A stretch of 63,861 bases of DNA, filler included, from Asterionella formosa (Eukaryota): assembly GCA_002256025.1 (NCBI GenBank). It is 17 parts of 17 records of this genome, joined end to end, with 100 filler letters (N's around TTAATTAATTAA, not from the genome) between each part and the next. Parts side by side here need not be neighbours in the genome. Positions count along the whole stretch, not along the records: positions 21,420 to 42,700 come from NKIB01003059.1; 16 more parts are not named here. One strand, written 5' to 3'. Of the stretch, positions 24,950-37,249 are shown one piece after another. The notes under the pieces were generated by a model that searched no databases, was not told where the DNA came from, and worked only from the letters and a program-made list of their open reading frames with translations. A program made the position numbers and the translations under genes. Numbering within the stretch: the first letter of the stretch is position 1; each line of letters begins with the position of its first letter.

Positions 24950-26083
24950 ATGGAACTGCCTGTTAATAACGATTCTTATGATATCAACCAGCCCTTTATA
25001 GAGCGACTGGAACAAGCCAGCGATAACAGCGACGAAATGACGTGCTTCCGATCCACCCTCCAGTTCATTTTCGTGACGATACCGTTTCTGTTACTTGATG
25101 GTATCCAATTACTGCTATACGTGCTGCTTTTGCTTCCCGCATTCATCCAGTTTGGATGGTTCTATTTCACGTGCGGTCGGATAACTAGACGATACAAACA
25201 TGATTCTTGCCGTAACACGCTTGATATTTATGGGCATCAAATATCATCAACTACCGACGACATTGCTCTACTCAAACCGGTCATTCTCTTTTGCCCAGGA
25301 GGAGCCTGGTTGATTGGATACAAGATGTGGGGTGCTCTTCTCGCCAAAGCCATGATTCCCTTTGGGATTCTAGTGGTAATCATCGACTATCGCAACTATC
25401 CATGGGCAACAGTTCCCACCATGGTTCAAGATGTCAACGATGCAATTCAATGGACACTGGACCATGCGCGAGACTATGGTGGTGACCCAGCCAAATTGGT
25501 GCTTGTGGGTCAGTCGGCAGGGGGACATTTGTGCGCGGCAGCGTTATTTCGAAAAGCGATAGGATTGTCGAGAGCATCGGGAACGTTTTCTCCCACCACG
25601 CTGGCGGGATTCGTGTCGTTGTCTGCTCCATTCAATTTGACCAGTATGACCATAACGTTTGCAAGACATGGTATGAGCAAAAGTTTCACGTCGAGAATAT
25701 TTGGTGGAGATATGGCATCATATGGTCCTCAAGGATTGGTCGACAAAGTTGATATGCCTGATTTGGCAAGCAAACTGCCGCCAATCCGAGTCTTTCATGG
25801 AACAGCGGATAGGACGGTTCCCTTTCAAGGATCAGTTGACTTTGCCGCAACGTTACGCGATGCAGGCATACCAGTAGAGTGTGTACTGTACGACGGTTGG
25901 TCGCATACGGATCCCATACTTGAAGGCGTTTTTGATGCTGATCATCGATTTCATCGCGATTTGTACGAACTACTACAGAGATGGACAGAACACGAGGTAC
26001 CCTTTGATGAATCACATCGTGCCTGTCGACGACAATGTCCATGGTGTCTGATAGCATTGGCGCGTTGGGTGAACCCATTTTAG
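24950..26083 (+). CDS. Isoprenylcysteine alpha-carbonyl methylesterase (ICME/PCME)-like alpha/beta hydrolase
   Basis: GGAWLIGYKMWGALL, IDYRNYP, GQSAGGHL nucleophile elbow, HGTADRTVP, SHTDP and terminal LARWVNPF. N-terminal hydrophobic segment. Confidence 0.88.
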   Translation: MELPVNNDSYDINQPFIERLEQASDNSDEMTCFRSTLQFIFVTIPFLLLDGIQLLLYVLLLLPAFIQFGWFYFTCGRITRRYKHDSCRNTLDIYGHQISSTTDDIALLKPVILFCPGGAWLIGYKMWGALLAKAMIPFGILVVIIDYRNYPWATVPTMVQDVNDAIQWTLDHARDYGGDPAKLVLVGQSAGGHLCAAALFRKAIGLSRASGTFSPTTLAGFVSLSAPFNLTSMTITFARHGMSKSFTSRIFGGDMASYGPQGLVDKVDMPDLASKLPPIRVFHGTADRTVPFQGSVDFAATLRDAGIPVECVLYDGWSHTDPILEGVFDADHRFHRDLYELLQRWTEHEVPFDESHRACRRQCPWCLIALARWVNPF

Positions 26084-26650
26084 CGGAAGATTATTAATGA
26101 TAGTATTTTTAAGGGAATATGATCAATAATCCAATCTCATGTGTTCAGAGAACGAATTACACCACTTCATGTTTACGGGATTGAATATTGCAATACTTTA
26201 ATCATCATCCAGACGAGTTTTATCTCCTTCCTTCCTATAGCAGAACATTAAGATAGAAATTAAATTTTAGAATATATTCTATACAAGTATGATACACGAA
26301 TTAGTCTGTATTGTCTTACACGCTGTCTCAAGCAATTTTCTAAGATGTTTTTCACAGTCCAGTGCCAACATTATATAACGTGTATCAAAACCAATATTTG
26401 TTCTGTAATTGTTAAATATTTTGATGGTTCATCGAAAGAGTATTGTATTCGATCAAGGGACTTGAAATGGTTTGCATTTTCCATTTGCAAAGCGCTCAAG
26501 ATCATTGTTAAACAGAGCCTTGATCGACGGACACTTATTGATGACATTAGTTTCGTAGTAATCAAACTAATACATATTTTGCCTATGAATCTTCAAAGAT
26601 CCCCTTGATTAATCACTATGAATTTCATATACTGGTGATAGTTACAGAAA

Positions 26651-27163
26651 TTAAAATCCAAAACCCTTCGCCATGCCTTTCAAACTGCTCATTGGGTTAG
26701 TACTACTAGTAGCACTCTCTTCAGTCGCTTGGGCCTCTCCACTTGTTTCGATGACCCCACTAGTATCATCACCACTGGGTGATCCAAGAATATCAGTGAC
26801 ATCCACGCCGCACCTCTCCTTGATCAAAGGACCAACAGAAGCTAAGAACTTTTGCACCATTCCCGGATCAATTCCTTTGCTTTGAAGAGTTCCCAAAAGT
26901 CCAGCCATGCTTGCTCCTTGACTTCCACCCAAACTGGACATGGCCGCTCCCATCATTCCTGCTATTCCACCCGATGGAGCGTCAGCTTCGGCAGAATCGC
27001 TCTTTGCCACGGCGGCGTCAGCACCGGGAATACCTTGGACGATTTTGTCGAAGTCTTCAGCTTTCATGCAATTTTTGAGGAGTGACAAGAAACCGCCAGT
27101 TGCCGCTTCTCCTTGAGCAGGGTCCATGCCGGCCTTGGTGGCTAATGCAAGAAGCTGATCCAT
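26651..27163 (-). CDS. Small Gly/Ala-rich helical protein, DUF2780/DUF2267-like
   Basis: Intronless 170-aa ORF. The pattern AGMDPAQGEAATGGFLSLLK...FDKIVQGIPGADA...LQSKGIDPGMVQKF recalls the bacterial DUF2780 family (from memory, not searched). Confidence 0.65.
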   Translation of the reverse strand: MDQLLALATKAGMDPAQGEAATGGFLSLLKNCMKAEDFDKIVQGIPGADAAVAKSDSAEADAPSGGIAGMMGAAMSSLGGSQGASMAGLLGTLQSKGIDPGMVQKFLASVGPLIKERCGVDVTDILGSPSGDDTSGVIETSGEAQATEESATSSTNPMSSLKGMAKGFGF

Positions 27164-29396
27164 GATGTTGGACGCTGTTGATGGTCAAATGCAAAAAATG
27201 AGAAATGTGAAACTTGAAGGAGAATCCAAGGCAAATAAAATGTGTCAAGGTCCCTTTCTCGTTTCCGCCCTTTCCCGGTACTGCATATACCGGTATATAA
27301 TAATAATTAGCAGCGAGGGTGACCCTCTGCAGAAAACGAACCCCGTGAAGCAATTATTGTGACAGGATACCAGTACGTCTTGTATCAGGTGGGTGCGGAG
27401 TACCTTGTACCAGTACTTCTACCGTACCTGGTACCATTCCAGGGACCAATTTCCAGATGCTGGTGAGCTGTTTTAGCCAGCGTCATCAGTACTGACACTT
27501 TTGGTACACCATGTACCAGGTACCAGTGCACCAGATTCTACTCGGACGATGGTGGATTTTTAGGCAGTATACCGGTACACAGGAGGAACAGAAACTCCGA
27601 TAATGGTACAGCCAAGACACCAAGTTGCCGTACCGGTAGTTTTGCTGACATCACGCTCTCAGTAATATAAATAAAAGCAATGGAGTCTCAATGGAGTCTC
27701 ACCTTTGACCCAATACCGGTACTTAGTGCAATATGCTGGCCAGCGCATAATGCATTTCATTTTCATTCATGACATGATTTTGAACAAGGTTTTAAGCTCT
27801 AAATATGATCATTTTGGCAAATATAGCAAAACGTTTTGTTTTCCAAGATAGTGATAAGGACAGAGATCACTAACTGTGTACTCTGATATTGATGTGTCTG
27901 AATACCAACCAGTGTCACAAGAAGTGCTGGCAAACACAAGAGGTAGCAACAAAGCAATGTTGCCACCATTACCAATAGCAAAACTCCTAGGAAATATTCA
28001 AAATAAGTCACAAACTCCAATGAAATAACAAACTGTTAATCTTGCTGGACTCTCAAATGAAGAAGGGAAGAAATCGACTCAGCCAAGAGCAGGATCCAAT
28101 ACAAAAGTTCAAGTCCAAATCACGCTATCCATTTTCTTCTTGGGTAATTAATATCACCAGAAGACTGACATTATGTGCAGCACCACCACTGCACCCAAAA
28201 ACAATTAAAAGAAGAAATGAAATTGTTTGAGTCCCACTTGAGGGAGTGTATCCACCCTTTTCCCTGTGTTTCAGTGCCCAAAGCCACCATGTTGATTGTG
28301 ATGATACTGGATTGGGGAGTAGTCATTTAAAAACCCAGGGCTCCTGACAATGCCAGCAAGTGCTAAGCGGCTTACTCTATTAGCTATTGAGCAGTTTTAA
28401 AGCACTACATAAATGAGTTTACAATGTAGGTTTACATAAATCGAGTAAAGCTTACTTTGGGTCTTTGGGTCATTACTCAATTCAAGTGAAGTTTACTTTA
28501 TCTGCCAAAACAGAATCATTTGCTTTGTTATACTGGTATCTACCAAAGTGATCATATTTATATCAAAAGTGATGGTGTGCCAACTCAAAAGCATAAAAGT
28601 TTAAGCTTTGGTATTTTATATGTTCACATAGGTAGTAATCATACACACATCTGACAGTTGCCATGTGGCTAGTCAAGGCAAAATGACTGCAATATGCAGG
28701 TACCAGGTACCCAAAACCTTGTACTCTTGCTGAGTGAAGGTATTGTTTGTTACAAAATACTGGTACACTGAATGCAAGTACAAATTAAAGATATCAGTAT
28801 TGGTACCAGTTACCACCGCCATGTAGTCAACCTGGAACCAGGTACCATAGTCTAGTATACCTGCTACTGTACAGTAATTCTATACATAATACAAAAAAGT
28901 ATGTAGCTAGATTCTGGACAACTCTTAATTTGTAGGCATGACACAAACACACATGATAGAGGGGTAGCTCTCACTAGAGAATCAGCAGCCTGGTACCACA
29001 AGGTGCACCCCAGGTACCAGCCAGCCAACTGGTAGCTAAGGGTCTATAGCAGGAGGAGTGTGAATGGATTTGCACATACATAGTGCTTGCTCAAGGGCTC
29101 CAAAGATTACCTTACTCAAGTTAAGGTTTCTCAAATTGTTAACTAATTGCAATGATTTCTAAACTGTCAATCTTGCCAAACCAATCCTGCAAAATTCAAT
29201 CTTAGCAAACACAATCCAAGACTTCTACTCCAACTAATTTAAATCCCACAAGTCATTTCACTCTAAATGTCATCTGAAGTTTCTATAACCTCCAACAGTG
29301 CTGTGGTATGAAAAAAATTGAGTAACTGACCTTCAATGTGTTAGTCTATACTTTGCCATCTTTTGAATGCGATTGTGCATCCTTCCATCCAATTAA

Positions 29397-30332
29397 CTAT
29401 GGACCATCCAAAAATCCATCAAAGCACAGCTTGGAACTAGCAAAAAAAGTCGCTCGGTGCAAAGCAAATTGCTCCATGGGCAATGGGGTTGATACTCCGG
29501 TTAATGCATTGACATAATGATCATAGTCAATTCGACAATCATCAATGTTGATTTTCCGTTGAGTCCGAATACAGGCACGACTGGGAGCAATGGGTGTTAC
29601 ACCCTGAGTGTAAACAAGTTGTTGAGTCTTGTCGAGTTGATCGAAAAACGCTTTGGCGCGGTCAGCTGATGTGGTACATGTTGGTTGGTGGGGCTTGTCA
29701 TCAAAGTCAAGACATGTTTGCTTCTTATTTTTTTGTACTCTATGATGCTTGGATACTTTGCCAGCAACTGGCGTTGCAAAGTTTTCTTCGCTGGCTGACC
29801 TTAAGGGGATTGGTTTCGAAACACTATTGAGAGCGTCGCAAATGGAAGCATCAAAGGGAATAGGACTTGCCTGGATGTTGTCCGCAAAGAAACCGTCACT
29901 GACAGAAGGTTGTGGTTTCGTTGCAGTATGCAATGTTATATCAGCGTCGATTTCTTTGACAGATGCAATCAAGGCATTCGAACGGTTCTTGGAACCATAT
30001 GATCGGGCCTTTCGTCGGCCAGCTTTCGCTTTTAAAGCAGAGGAAGGTTGAGGCACAACAGGTACACCAACTGGCTGTGGCTCAGAAACGACGTGGTGGT
30101 TCAAATGTTCCTTTTCCATTTCCTCGTCATTTGAAATGCAGCCACTATTAGTCTCATCTCGATAAACAGGTCGGCATTTAACATAATCCCATTCAATTAG
30201 ACTTGTCGGCGATGGTGTGATTCTCGTCGAAGGATTGATTGCACTGCTGGAAGGAATGTGAATCCGTAACTTTGCTTTGCTGCGCTTGACAATTATACCA
30301 GCCTTGCCACCATATGAAACACTTCTGGCCAT
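29397..30332 (-). CDS. Hypothetical, largely disordered basic protein
   Basis: 311-aa ATG-initiated ORF with gene-like CpG content, contrasting with its CpG-depleted flank. No family recognised. Confidence 0.75.
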   Translation of the reverse strand: MARSVSYGGKAGIIVKRSKAKLRIHIPSSSAINPSTRITPSPTSLIEWDYVKCRPVYRDETNSGCISNDEEMEKEHLNHHVVSEPQPVGVPVVPQPSSALKAKAGRRKARSYGSKNRSNALIASVKEIDADITLHTATKPQPSVSDGFFADNIQASPIPFDASICDALNSVSKPIPLRSASEENFATPVAGKVSKHHRVQKNKKQTCLDFDDKPHQPTCTTSADRAKAFFDQLDKTQQLVYTQGVTPIAPSRACIRTQRKINIDDCRIDYDHYVNALTGVSTPLPMEQFALHRATFFASSKLCFDGFLDGP

Positions 30333-31577
30333 ATTGACTATTCAATGCAACGAACAGGACTGCAATCCTGAAAGTTGGGTAGAGTTCATTGATTAGAAAT
30401 AAATGCGATGAGAAACATATTTTTGTGCAAAAGGAAGTACGGTCGATCCTTGATAGACTCTAACCGGTAGATCACTGTTCTACCGGTAATCTAACTTTCT
30501 TTTACCGGGTATGTCGTATGAGTGCACGTTATGTTTGTAGACGTACACGTACATCTGCCTCCACAGTACTGGTACCAGGTACAGTATGTACATTTTGTAG
30601 ATACGGGCTTCATGGACTAATTTTTGAATTCAAAAACGACCATCACCCCCATGCATGCACACACAATTTACCCACTAACATGCATCCTTGATTTCAACTC
30701 CGTACCTGGTACCAGGTGTACCGGTAAAAGAAATAAGAGGAACAGACCACTCGTGGTGACCCATCATGTGCGTACCTGGTAACCAGGTACTGTACCACAC
30801 CGTGTTCCGGTACCGGTACCTGGTACCCTGGTTGTTACCGCTACTTAGTGCCGGTATATAGGTACCAGGTACCGGTATGCCTGTACATATATGCTCTATT
30901 TATTTATTTATTTATTTATTGCGTATCCTGATAGTTTGTCAGCTCCTTTTACGTATAGTGACCAACACTACCGGCACATACATACCAGTACTTTTATTAC
31001 AGGTATGTTCCTAATGGTTGTCTCGTTCCGTCTTGGAATTGGTGGAGTACCTGGTAATGCATAGGCGGCAGCATGCTGTGAAGCTCGCCATCGCGAGTGA
31101 GATCGCCTTGTTGCTTTGAGCAAATTCAAAAGTGAGTATCAAGACTAGTAGTACCAGTAGTGTAGATCACATTACTCGTTCAAAGAAGGTGAGTGTGTAA
31201 TGCTACCATTGCGTGGATGCGTCAACGCTCTCAGAGAAGCTGAAGAGGATGATCTCGTCGCTCGATATGCTGAAAGCGTAAAACCAAGGAGTATGAGAGC
31301 TTGTCTGATGTGCATCAATGAAGTGAAATAAATTCGATCCTACAGTACTCGTGACAGGACTTCTGAATCACTCGTCATTCTCACCTATTCTGCCGCGTGC
31401 AACACGAAATGTCTCCTTCTCGTGATTGATTTTTAGTGAATCAGATTTCATCAGAGGGGCATACATATATATATACTAAGTACCTTGTAACTATATCCAT
31501 AGATATTTGACAGGGTTGTGTCTGTTGCTGATCTGCTTGTTACCAGGTAGGTACCAGGCATCGATATTGCCCGTGTG

Positions 31578-33662
31578 ATGACCATGGACATAATCAGGAA
31601 CGGCGGGGGATCACCACCTTCCCTTAACGGACCAGCAACCATAAAGGCATCTGACGTGATAGTCGGCCGAAGCGACCATGCGGCTAACAAGCTACTCGCG
31701 GACTTGGTGTGCTTGAATGTCCATTTCAATCAGACCAGGGGAGGATCAGAAAGCGTAGAGGACGTCTGCAAAAGAATTGTGTCCATCATGATGCGGGGAA
31801 TGGATGTCAGTTTTCCTCCTGATGAAGAACGACAGCCCGTTCCATTTACCACGGGGTCGGGATCGTTCCACTCGCAAGACTGCAAGAAGTCGCTTTCTGA
31901 GGACGAAGCAGTTGGGTACGTGATGGAGTTGCTGGAGGACGAAGCCAAGAACGTCATGAAGCAATCTGCTGGAGGTGGTGCCACTTTGGGAAACACATTT
32001 CCAGCAACAGTTGTCGAAGATAACACGCCCGTCACGTGCACTTTTAACATGGCTCCTCCCATTCAACCCTCGGCTCATGACATTCTATTTTACTCGAACA
32101 AAGTCAAGGACCCGTACATCAAGGACTACACAGGCAATCGTCGCTTCGTTCAAAACGTCGAACTCGTCCTTTCAGCCAATGCATCAGCGTTGGATGATCC
32201 ATCGTGCTCGAGGGTGGCTCTTGTAAACTCCATTCTAGAAAAGACTACAGAAACGGTGATGCCATCCTGCAAACCACGCTTTCTTATACATGGTGGGGAA
32301 CAAGAAGGCGACTGGACTGAGTTGTCCCCCATCACTACGGCTGAATTCACAACCATGTATGTATTCGCCAAACTTGTGGAAATACAAACCGATTCGTTGC
32401 AGCCAGCCATATTGCCATCAGTTCCCCTTTTGCCTTGTGGAGACTTTCCGTTACCCGAAATTTTGAACTCGCCTATTGTGGTACCAATCGACAAACCCAA
32501 TGACTACGATGTCCTATTTGGACGAGGTGGAATGACTAATAAGTATGTGCTACTGGATTTTTTACATTAAGTATGAAACTATGTCTTCACTAACCCCCAT
32601 CTGCTATTTCTTTTTGTTAGTCATCCAGGGAATCGCCGCTTCAGAGACATCATTTCTCTTCATCGACCAGATTATGTCTGTGCCATTAAAGTTGAAAAGC
32701 CGAACGTTGCTCGACGCATTGTGGCCGCCATTCGAGGAGGAAACCCACCAGGAAGATTCCTCAAGAAAGATTCGATGGGCCTGAAGTGGTATGATGTCGG
32801 CAATCGGCATGCCACAGAAAAGACATCACAAGCCCTTCGAGAGAAGGCAACAAACGAAAAGGATGAAAAGATCAGTACTGAAGGGGATGTCCGGAAGCGA
32901 TTGTTGGAACAAGCACTGCAGGAAGCAAGAGTGACGAGAATGCGACTTTCAAAGGAAGGATCCAATCTTCCGGAAACCTACATGGATCCTGTCTCTGGCA
33001 TTTCCATGCCACCCTTGATACAGCCGAGCTATCTTCCCATTGCACCCAGTCCATCTTATGTTAACAATGTCGAACTAAGTGTGGACAACCCTCAAATAGA
33101 TGCCGTCACTGCTGACGAAATGAAAAAGATTCAAATACAAAAAGAAGAACTTGCCAAGCTCGCTTCCAAAAATGACCAAGAAGATCCACCGATGGAGAAT
33201 CGAGGGATCCTTGATAGCAACGGGAGCATTTTAGTGACAGAAAACGACATTCTATGCGGCCGGGGTGGACTCACCAATCATCACAAGGGAAACAAGCGCT
33301 TTCGCGACATTGTCGCTTTGCATCGGCCGGACTACGTCCGTGCCCCCAAGGTTCATAAACCAGCTGTAGCCCGTTTAATTGTCAGGGCGATCCGGAATAG
33401 TGATCCCCCAGGACGATTCCTTAAAAAGGATTACAAGTCCAATAAGTTTTACGATATTGGAGACAAACGGGCCACAGAAAAGGCAAGCCAAGCCCTTCGT
33501 GAAAAGACACAGGACGAGCGAAGTCAGCTGAGACCTGATAGCTCTGAAATGCCACTTGCAGATAAACGTGTACTAGACGGGACTGCAGGTACGAATGAAA
33601 CCAACAAGACAGAACACGAAATGATCGACGGTGTGGACCTAGAAGATGGCATTGAAGTATAA
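31578..33662 (+). CDS. Protein with three DUF6824-type domains; exons 31578-32542, 32621-33662
   Basis: Two clear copies (DVLFGRGGMTNNHPGNRRFR...PPGRFLKK...WYDVG...EKTSQALRE; DILCGRGGLTNHHKGNKRFR...EKASQALRE) plus a degenerate copy (DILFYSN...GNRRF...PRFL...W). GT-AG intron 32543-32620 restores frame. Confidence 0.88.
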
Positions 33663-33825
33663 ATGTGAAAGTTTGGGGCCTTATGCTTGTAGTTTAAAGA
33701 TCGAAGCTCGTTGCAGAATTTTTTTCTTGGTTAATCGTTTGTTCAATTCTATTAGTAAAAATTATGATAGAAGTTGTATGTGCAAGAATATGTAGCAACA
33801 CGACCGCTAGTTTGGAATACAGGTA

Positions 33826-35502
33826 TTAAAATGCAGAAAGCCATTGCATTGCAACCAATAGATGCAAAGGAATATACACCAAGCAAAGATATGGTGTGTA
33901 TACTTCAAACGGATAAGGTACCAAAAGAAGTGGGGGCCATGTGATGAGAAGTACCGCGGCCCCAAATAATCTTTGAAAATATCGTTCTTGATTTAGACAG
34001 AGGATAAGGGGAGTCCACAGGAGTGCCGAAGGGTAGGCCAAGCTGACGTGACCAAGCACTAAGGGAATATGACTGTAGATGGCTAATAAACATGTCATGA
34101 GCTGCAGACTCTTGGTTGCAAACTTGCGCTTTTGTTGACCTCGCTTAAAATTCAGAGGAAGTATCATGTAACCCAAAAAGCAAAGCCCATTCGATTGTGG
34201 CAGATTCAAACTGGATGATACCACTAACAGCGCCACTCCAAACATGAGTGCCACAAAAGCCTTAGCAATGGCTGAAAAATCAAAGACCTTGATTTCTAAC
34301 AATATGAGCATGAATACCTTGACCACGAGTGGCACTAACAACAAGAAATTCGGAATAATGTATTCCGAATGCGAGACAAACTTGAATGGCGACGGTAGGA
34401 TATATTGCGTCAAGGAATGATGGAGTCGCTCATGTAAATTCGAAAGACCATGAATGACATGTTCTAATTGTTGGACGAATTCCACTATAAAGGGGCCCTG
34501 TGATCTCGGGTTTTTTCCACTCAGTGTTAATTCCAACGTAAGGGAATCGACTCCTCGGTCCAAGACAGGAGCGTGAACTGGATATGGACCCATGCTGAGC
34601 GTATATGCGAATAACAGCATGTCTGCAACTTCAGTGGCCCAAGTGTGGAGTTTCTTTGGTAAAAATGTTGATACGAAGTTTCGCCATTGCATTGAAGTGT
34701 CCGTATATGGGTGCATGAACATAGTGAATGGGTACCTTCGGGTATCCATGAAGCTAGCACTCGCGAAGATTGTCATGACGTGAAAAACGAGATCCATGTT
34801 TGGTAGGACTCCGCGTCGTCCTTGTGGGAGAATTCTCAGAGTGTTCTGATTAGGGGCGTCTACTGGGTTTGTCTCAGTATTTACAACCAGGAGATTCCGG
34901 ATCATTGCCGACGTTAACTGTGGTGGGAGCATTGTTGCGGTTCCATTGGCAGTGGATCCCAGGTATGCATTTAGAAATCTTTCCCGGGCATCTTCCATAG
35001 ATATCAAGACATCAGCAGGCGCCACAATCAGTACCGTCTTGGCAAGCCAAGCCGCGGACGATAAACGCTTGGCTAATTGCGTAATGGCAAAATGGAAATC
35101 ACTTGTCGACCAATCGTCACATGGCGGAATCAGCAGGACTATGGATTCCGACACTGGCTCAATGGCACCCTCCAATGGGAAAATTCTCGCCACCTCAATG
35201 ACGCCTCCGAGTGAATGACATTCCACGCTCTCCAAGGCTCGACATAACGAGTTGATTTCGCTCCGTTTGCTTGTACTGCTTTCTACAGTCATGTACTTGT
35301 CGTGAGATCGAAAGAAGGACGAGTCAAGAGAGTGTTCGTCGATGTACCAACCGCGGCATTTCGATTCTCCCGTCATGACTGATACAATCGGGTGTCCTAG
35401 TGTCCAGAGAGTACCGATGAGGTAAGGGAGGACAAGCGCAAGGCCGAAAAGGGTCCGCTGCCTATCAGTAGTCGATGCGCGAGCAATGGTCGTGGACTCC
35501 AT
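33826..35502 (-). CDS. GPAA1: GPI transamidase component Gaa1/GPAA1
   Basis: N-terminal TM, YIDEHSL, WLAKTV, LPNMDLV and LSNLHERLHHSLTQYIL...FVS, followed by a multi-TM C-terminus. First in-frame ATG at 35502. Confidence 0.85.
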   Translation of the reverse strand: MESTTIARASTTDRQRTLFGLALVLPYLIGTLWTLGHPIVSVMTGESKCRGWYIDEHSLDSSFFRSHDKYMTVESSTSKRSEINSLCRALESVECHSLGGVIEVARIFPLEGAIEPVSESIVLLIPPCDDWSTSDFHFAITQLAKRLSSAAWLAKTVLIVAPADVLISMEDARERFLNAYLGSTANGTATMLPPQLTSAMIRNLLVVNTETNPVDAPNQNTLRILPQGRRGVLPNMDLVFHVMTIFASASFMDTRRYPFTMFMHPYTDTSMQWRNFVSTFLPKKLHTWATEVADMLLFAYTLSMGPYPVHAPVLDRGVDSLTLELTLSGKNPRSQGPFIVEFVQQLEHVIHGLSNLHERLHHSLTQYILPSPFKFVSHSEYIIPNFLLLVPLVVKVFMLILLEIKVFDFSAIAKAFVALMFGVALLVVSSSLNLPQSNGLCFLGYMILPLNFKRGQQKRKFATKSLQLMTCLLAIYSHIPLVLGHVSLAYPSALLWTPLILCLNQERYFQRLFGAAVLLITWPPLLLVPYPFEVYTPYLCLVYIPLHLLVAMQWLSAF

Positions 35503-37249
35503 ATCACTTTCGGATAGCAAGGGGGTCGCATTCGACACTTTCTATACTACAGTAGAAGGATACAGCTCGGGATTGCGATTAGGTTTTAGTTTGATGGTTT
35601 GATGTGATGAAGCAATGATGAATGATGGATTCGTGGTTACAGCACGCATACTGAACAGTGCAACAAAATCATTGACGACCACATAGAGGCAACGAAAGTG
35701 CCCTGTATTGGCATTTTTTGGTACATTTTCAAACGGTTTTCGCCATCCAAAGCCAGGCATACCTTGTATTGGGAGCCACAAGGATTTCCAATACGAAAAG
35801 TATCAGTTACCGGTATTGTCTTGATACATGTTCCCCTGATCATACCAGGTAATTTTGTCCAGTACAAGGCGAAATACTAATCCATACAATGTTCCACTTT
35901 TGTTGTATTGACGAAATGCATGAAATTCAATTCCCCAAAAGGTGCATTCAAATCTGGGTCTCCATCCCATTCAAGGTAGTATGCCTTTATTTGGCCATTG
36001 AAATAATTTCCAATGCCAGGTATTTATTCTCCATTTGGGATTTGAAAGATTGCCAATACAAGGTCATAGATTCCAATAGAAGCTAACAATAGTTTACAAT
36101 TCAAGGTATCCCTGTATTGATTCTTTGATCTATTGTGCCACAATACATCATCCTATACATGGTCATAGGTTCCAAACAAGGTGATGAAAATTTTCAATTA
36201 TATAATATTTAAAATATTGAACCTCATTTATTTTAAATGCTTCAAGACTGCTCAATTGCTAAAAGGGTAGACCGTGCAGCGCTTCCTGGCATTGCCAGCC
36301 CTGATGTTCATGTTCTTATCTACTTACTTACCACCCCAGGATCATTCCAACAAACATGGTGACTTCAGGTGCTGGTGCTTGGGGATCTGTACTGGTTTTA
36401 ATCGTCCATATGTTGCAACAGGAACCTGTCTTTTTCATTCATTAGCCACACCCCTGGAACCCTAGTGACTAGATGAAAAAGAAAGACAGGTGGAGAATGC
36501 AGGAATCCAACTTGCCACCAACGAAGGCATGCTAACCAACTAGGCAATCCCCCATTCAACTCCCAATGAATTTGAACCATTAATTAAGATAGGTTGTTTT
36601 CATCGCTTTGACTGGAAAAGGAGATTGTTTTGAGTTTAGAGAATACAAAGCAGCTGCTTGTTTACTATTGCTTATATTTGCTTACCAGTACTTCTTTGCT
36701 TAGTATTGGTTGTTGTCTTTTCCTTTTTTAATCTCTTTTGACCACGTTCTGACATTTCCGCATTTGGACGAGTATATTGACACAAACCTACGTCACAAAG
36801 TCATAATACCGAGGGCGATTTTCAAGCATTGAATTGAAGACGTTCTCTAGCTATGTGTGATTTACATAAGGGCCTGTCTGTCGTCAAGTTTTCTGTTTAA
36901 TTAAGCAGGAGAATGAACGCAATTTGCTGGTATTATTTACTAGCGGTAGTCCGCACTTCCAGTACACCGGTCGTACCAGGAGTACCACTGTTTGAATAAA
37001 ATGTGCCATCTGTTTGCTTGTGAATTTTGAACATCCGACATGTCGCTCAAGTTCTGCAGCTGTCTGCCAGCGGCCCCATTAAATTGCTTACTGCTGGTAC
37101 CGGTAGCCCTACATATGACATTACGCACATGCATGCATAATTACCATGGTACCTGGTACCATGTACTTGTACTACCTGTAGCACTTCGTCAATCATTTTA
37201 TGCCCATCAAATGGTTTTGTACATTCCTATATATCATATAATTGCAAGC

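Noticed and set aside
24950..26083. Functional linkage of the prenylcysteine methylesterase with the CaaX vWA gene
   Set aside because: Different contigs; co-occurrence in the window is coincidental.
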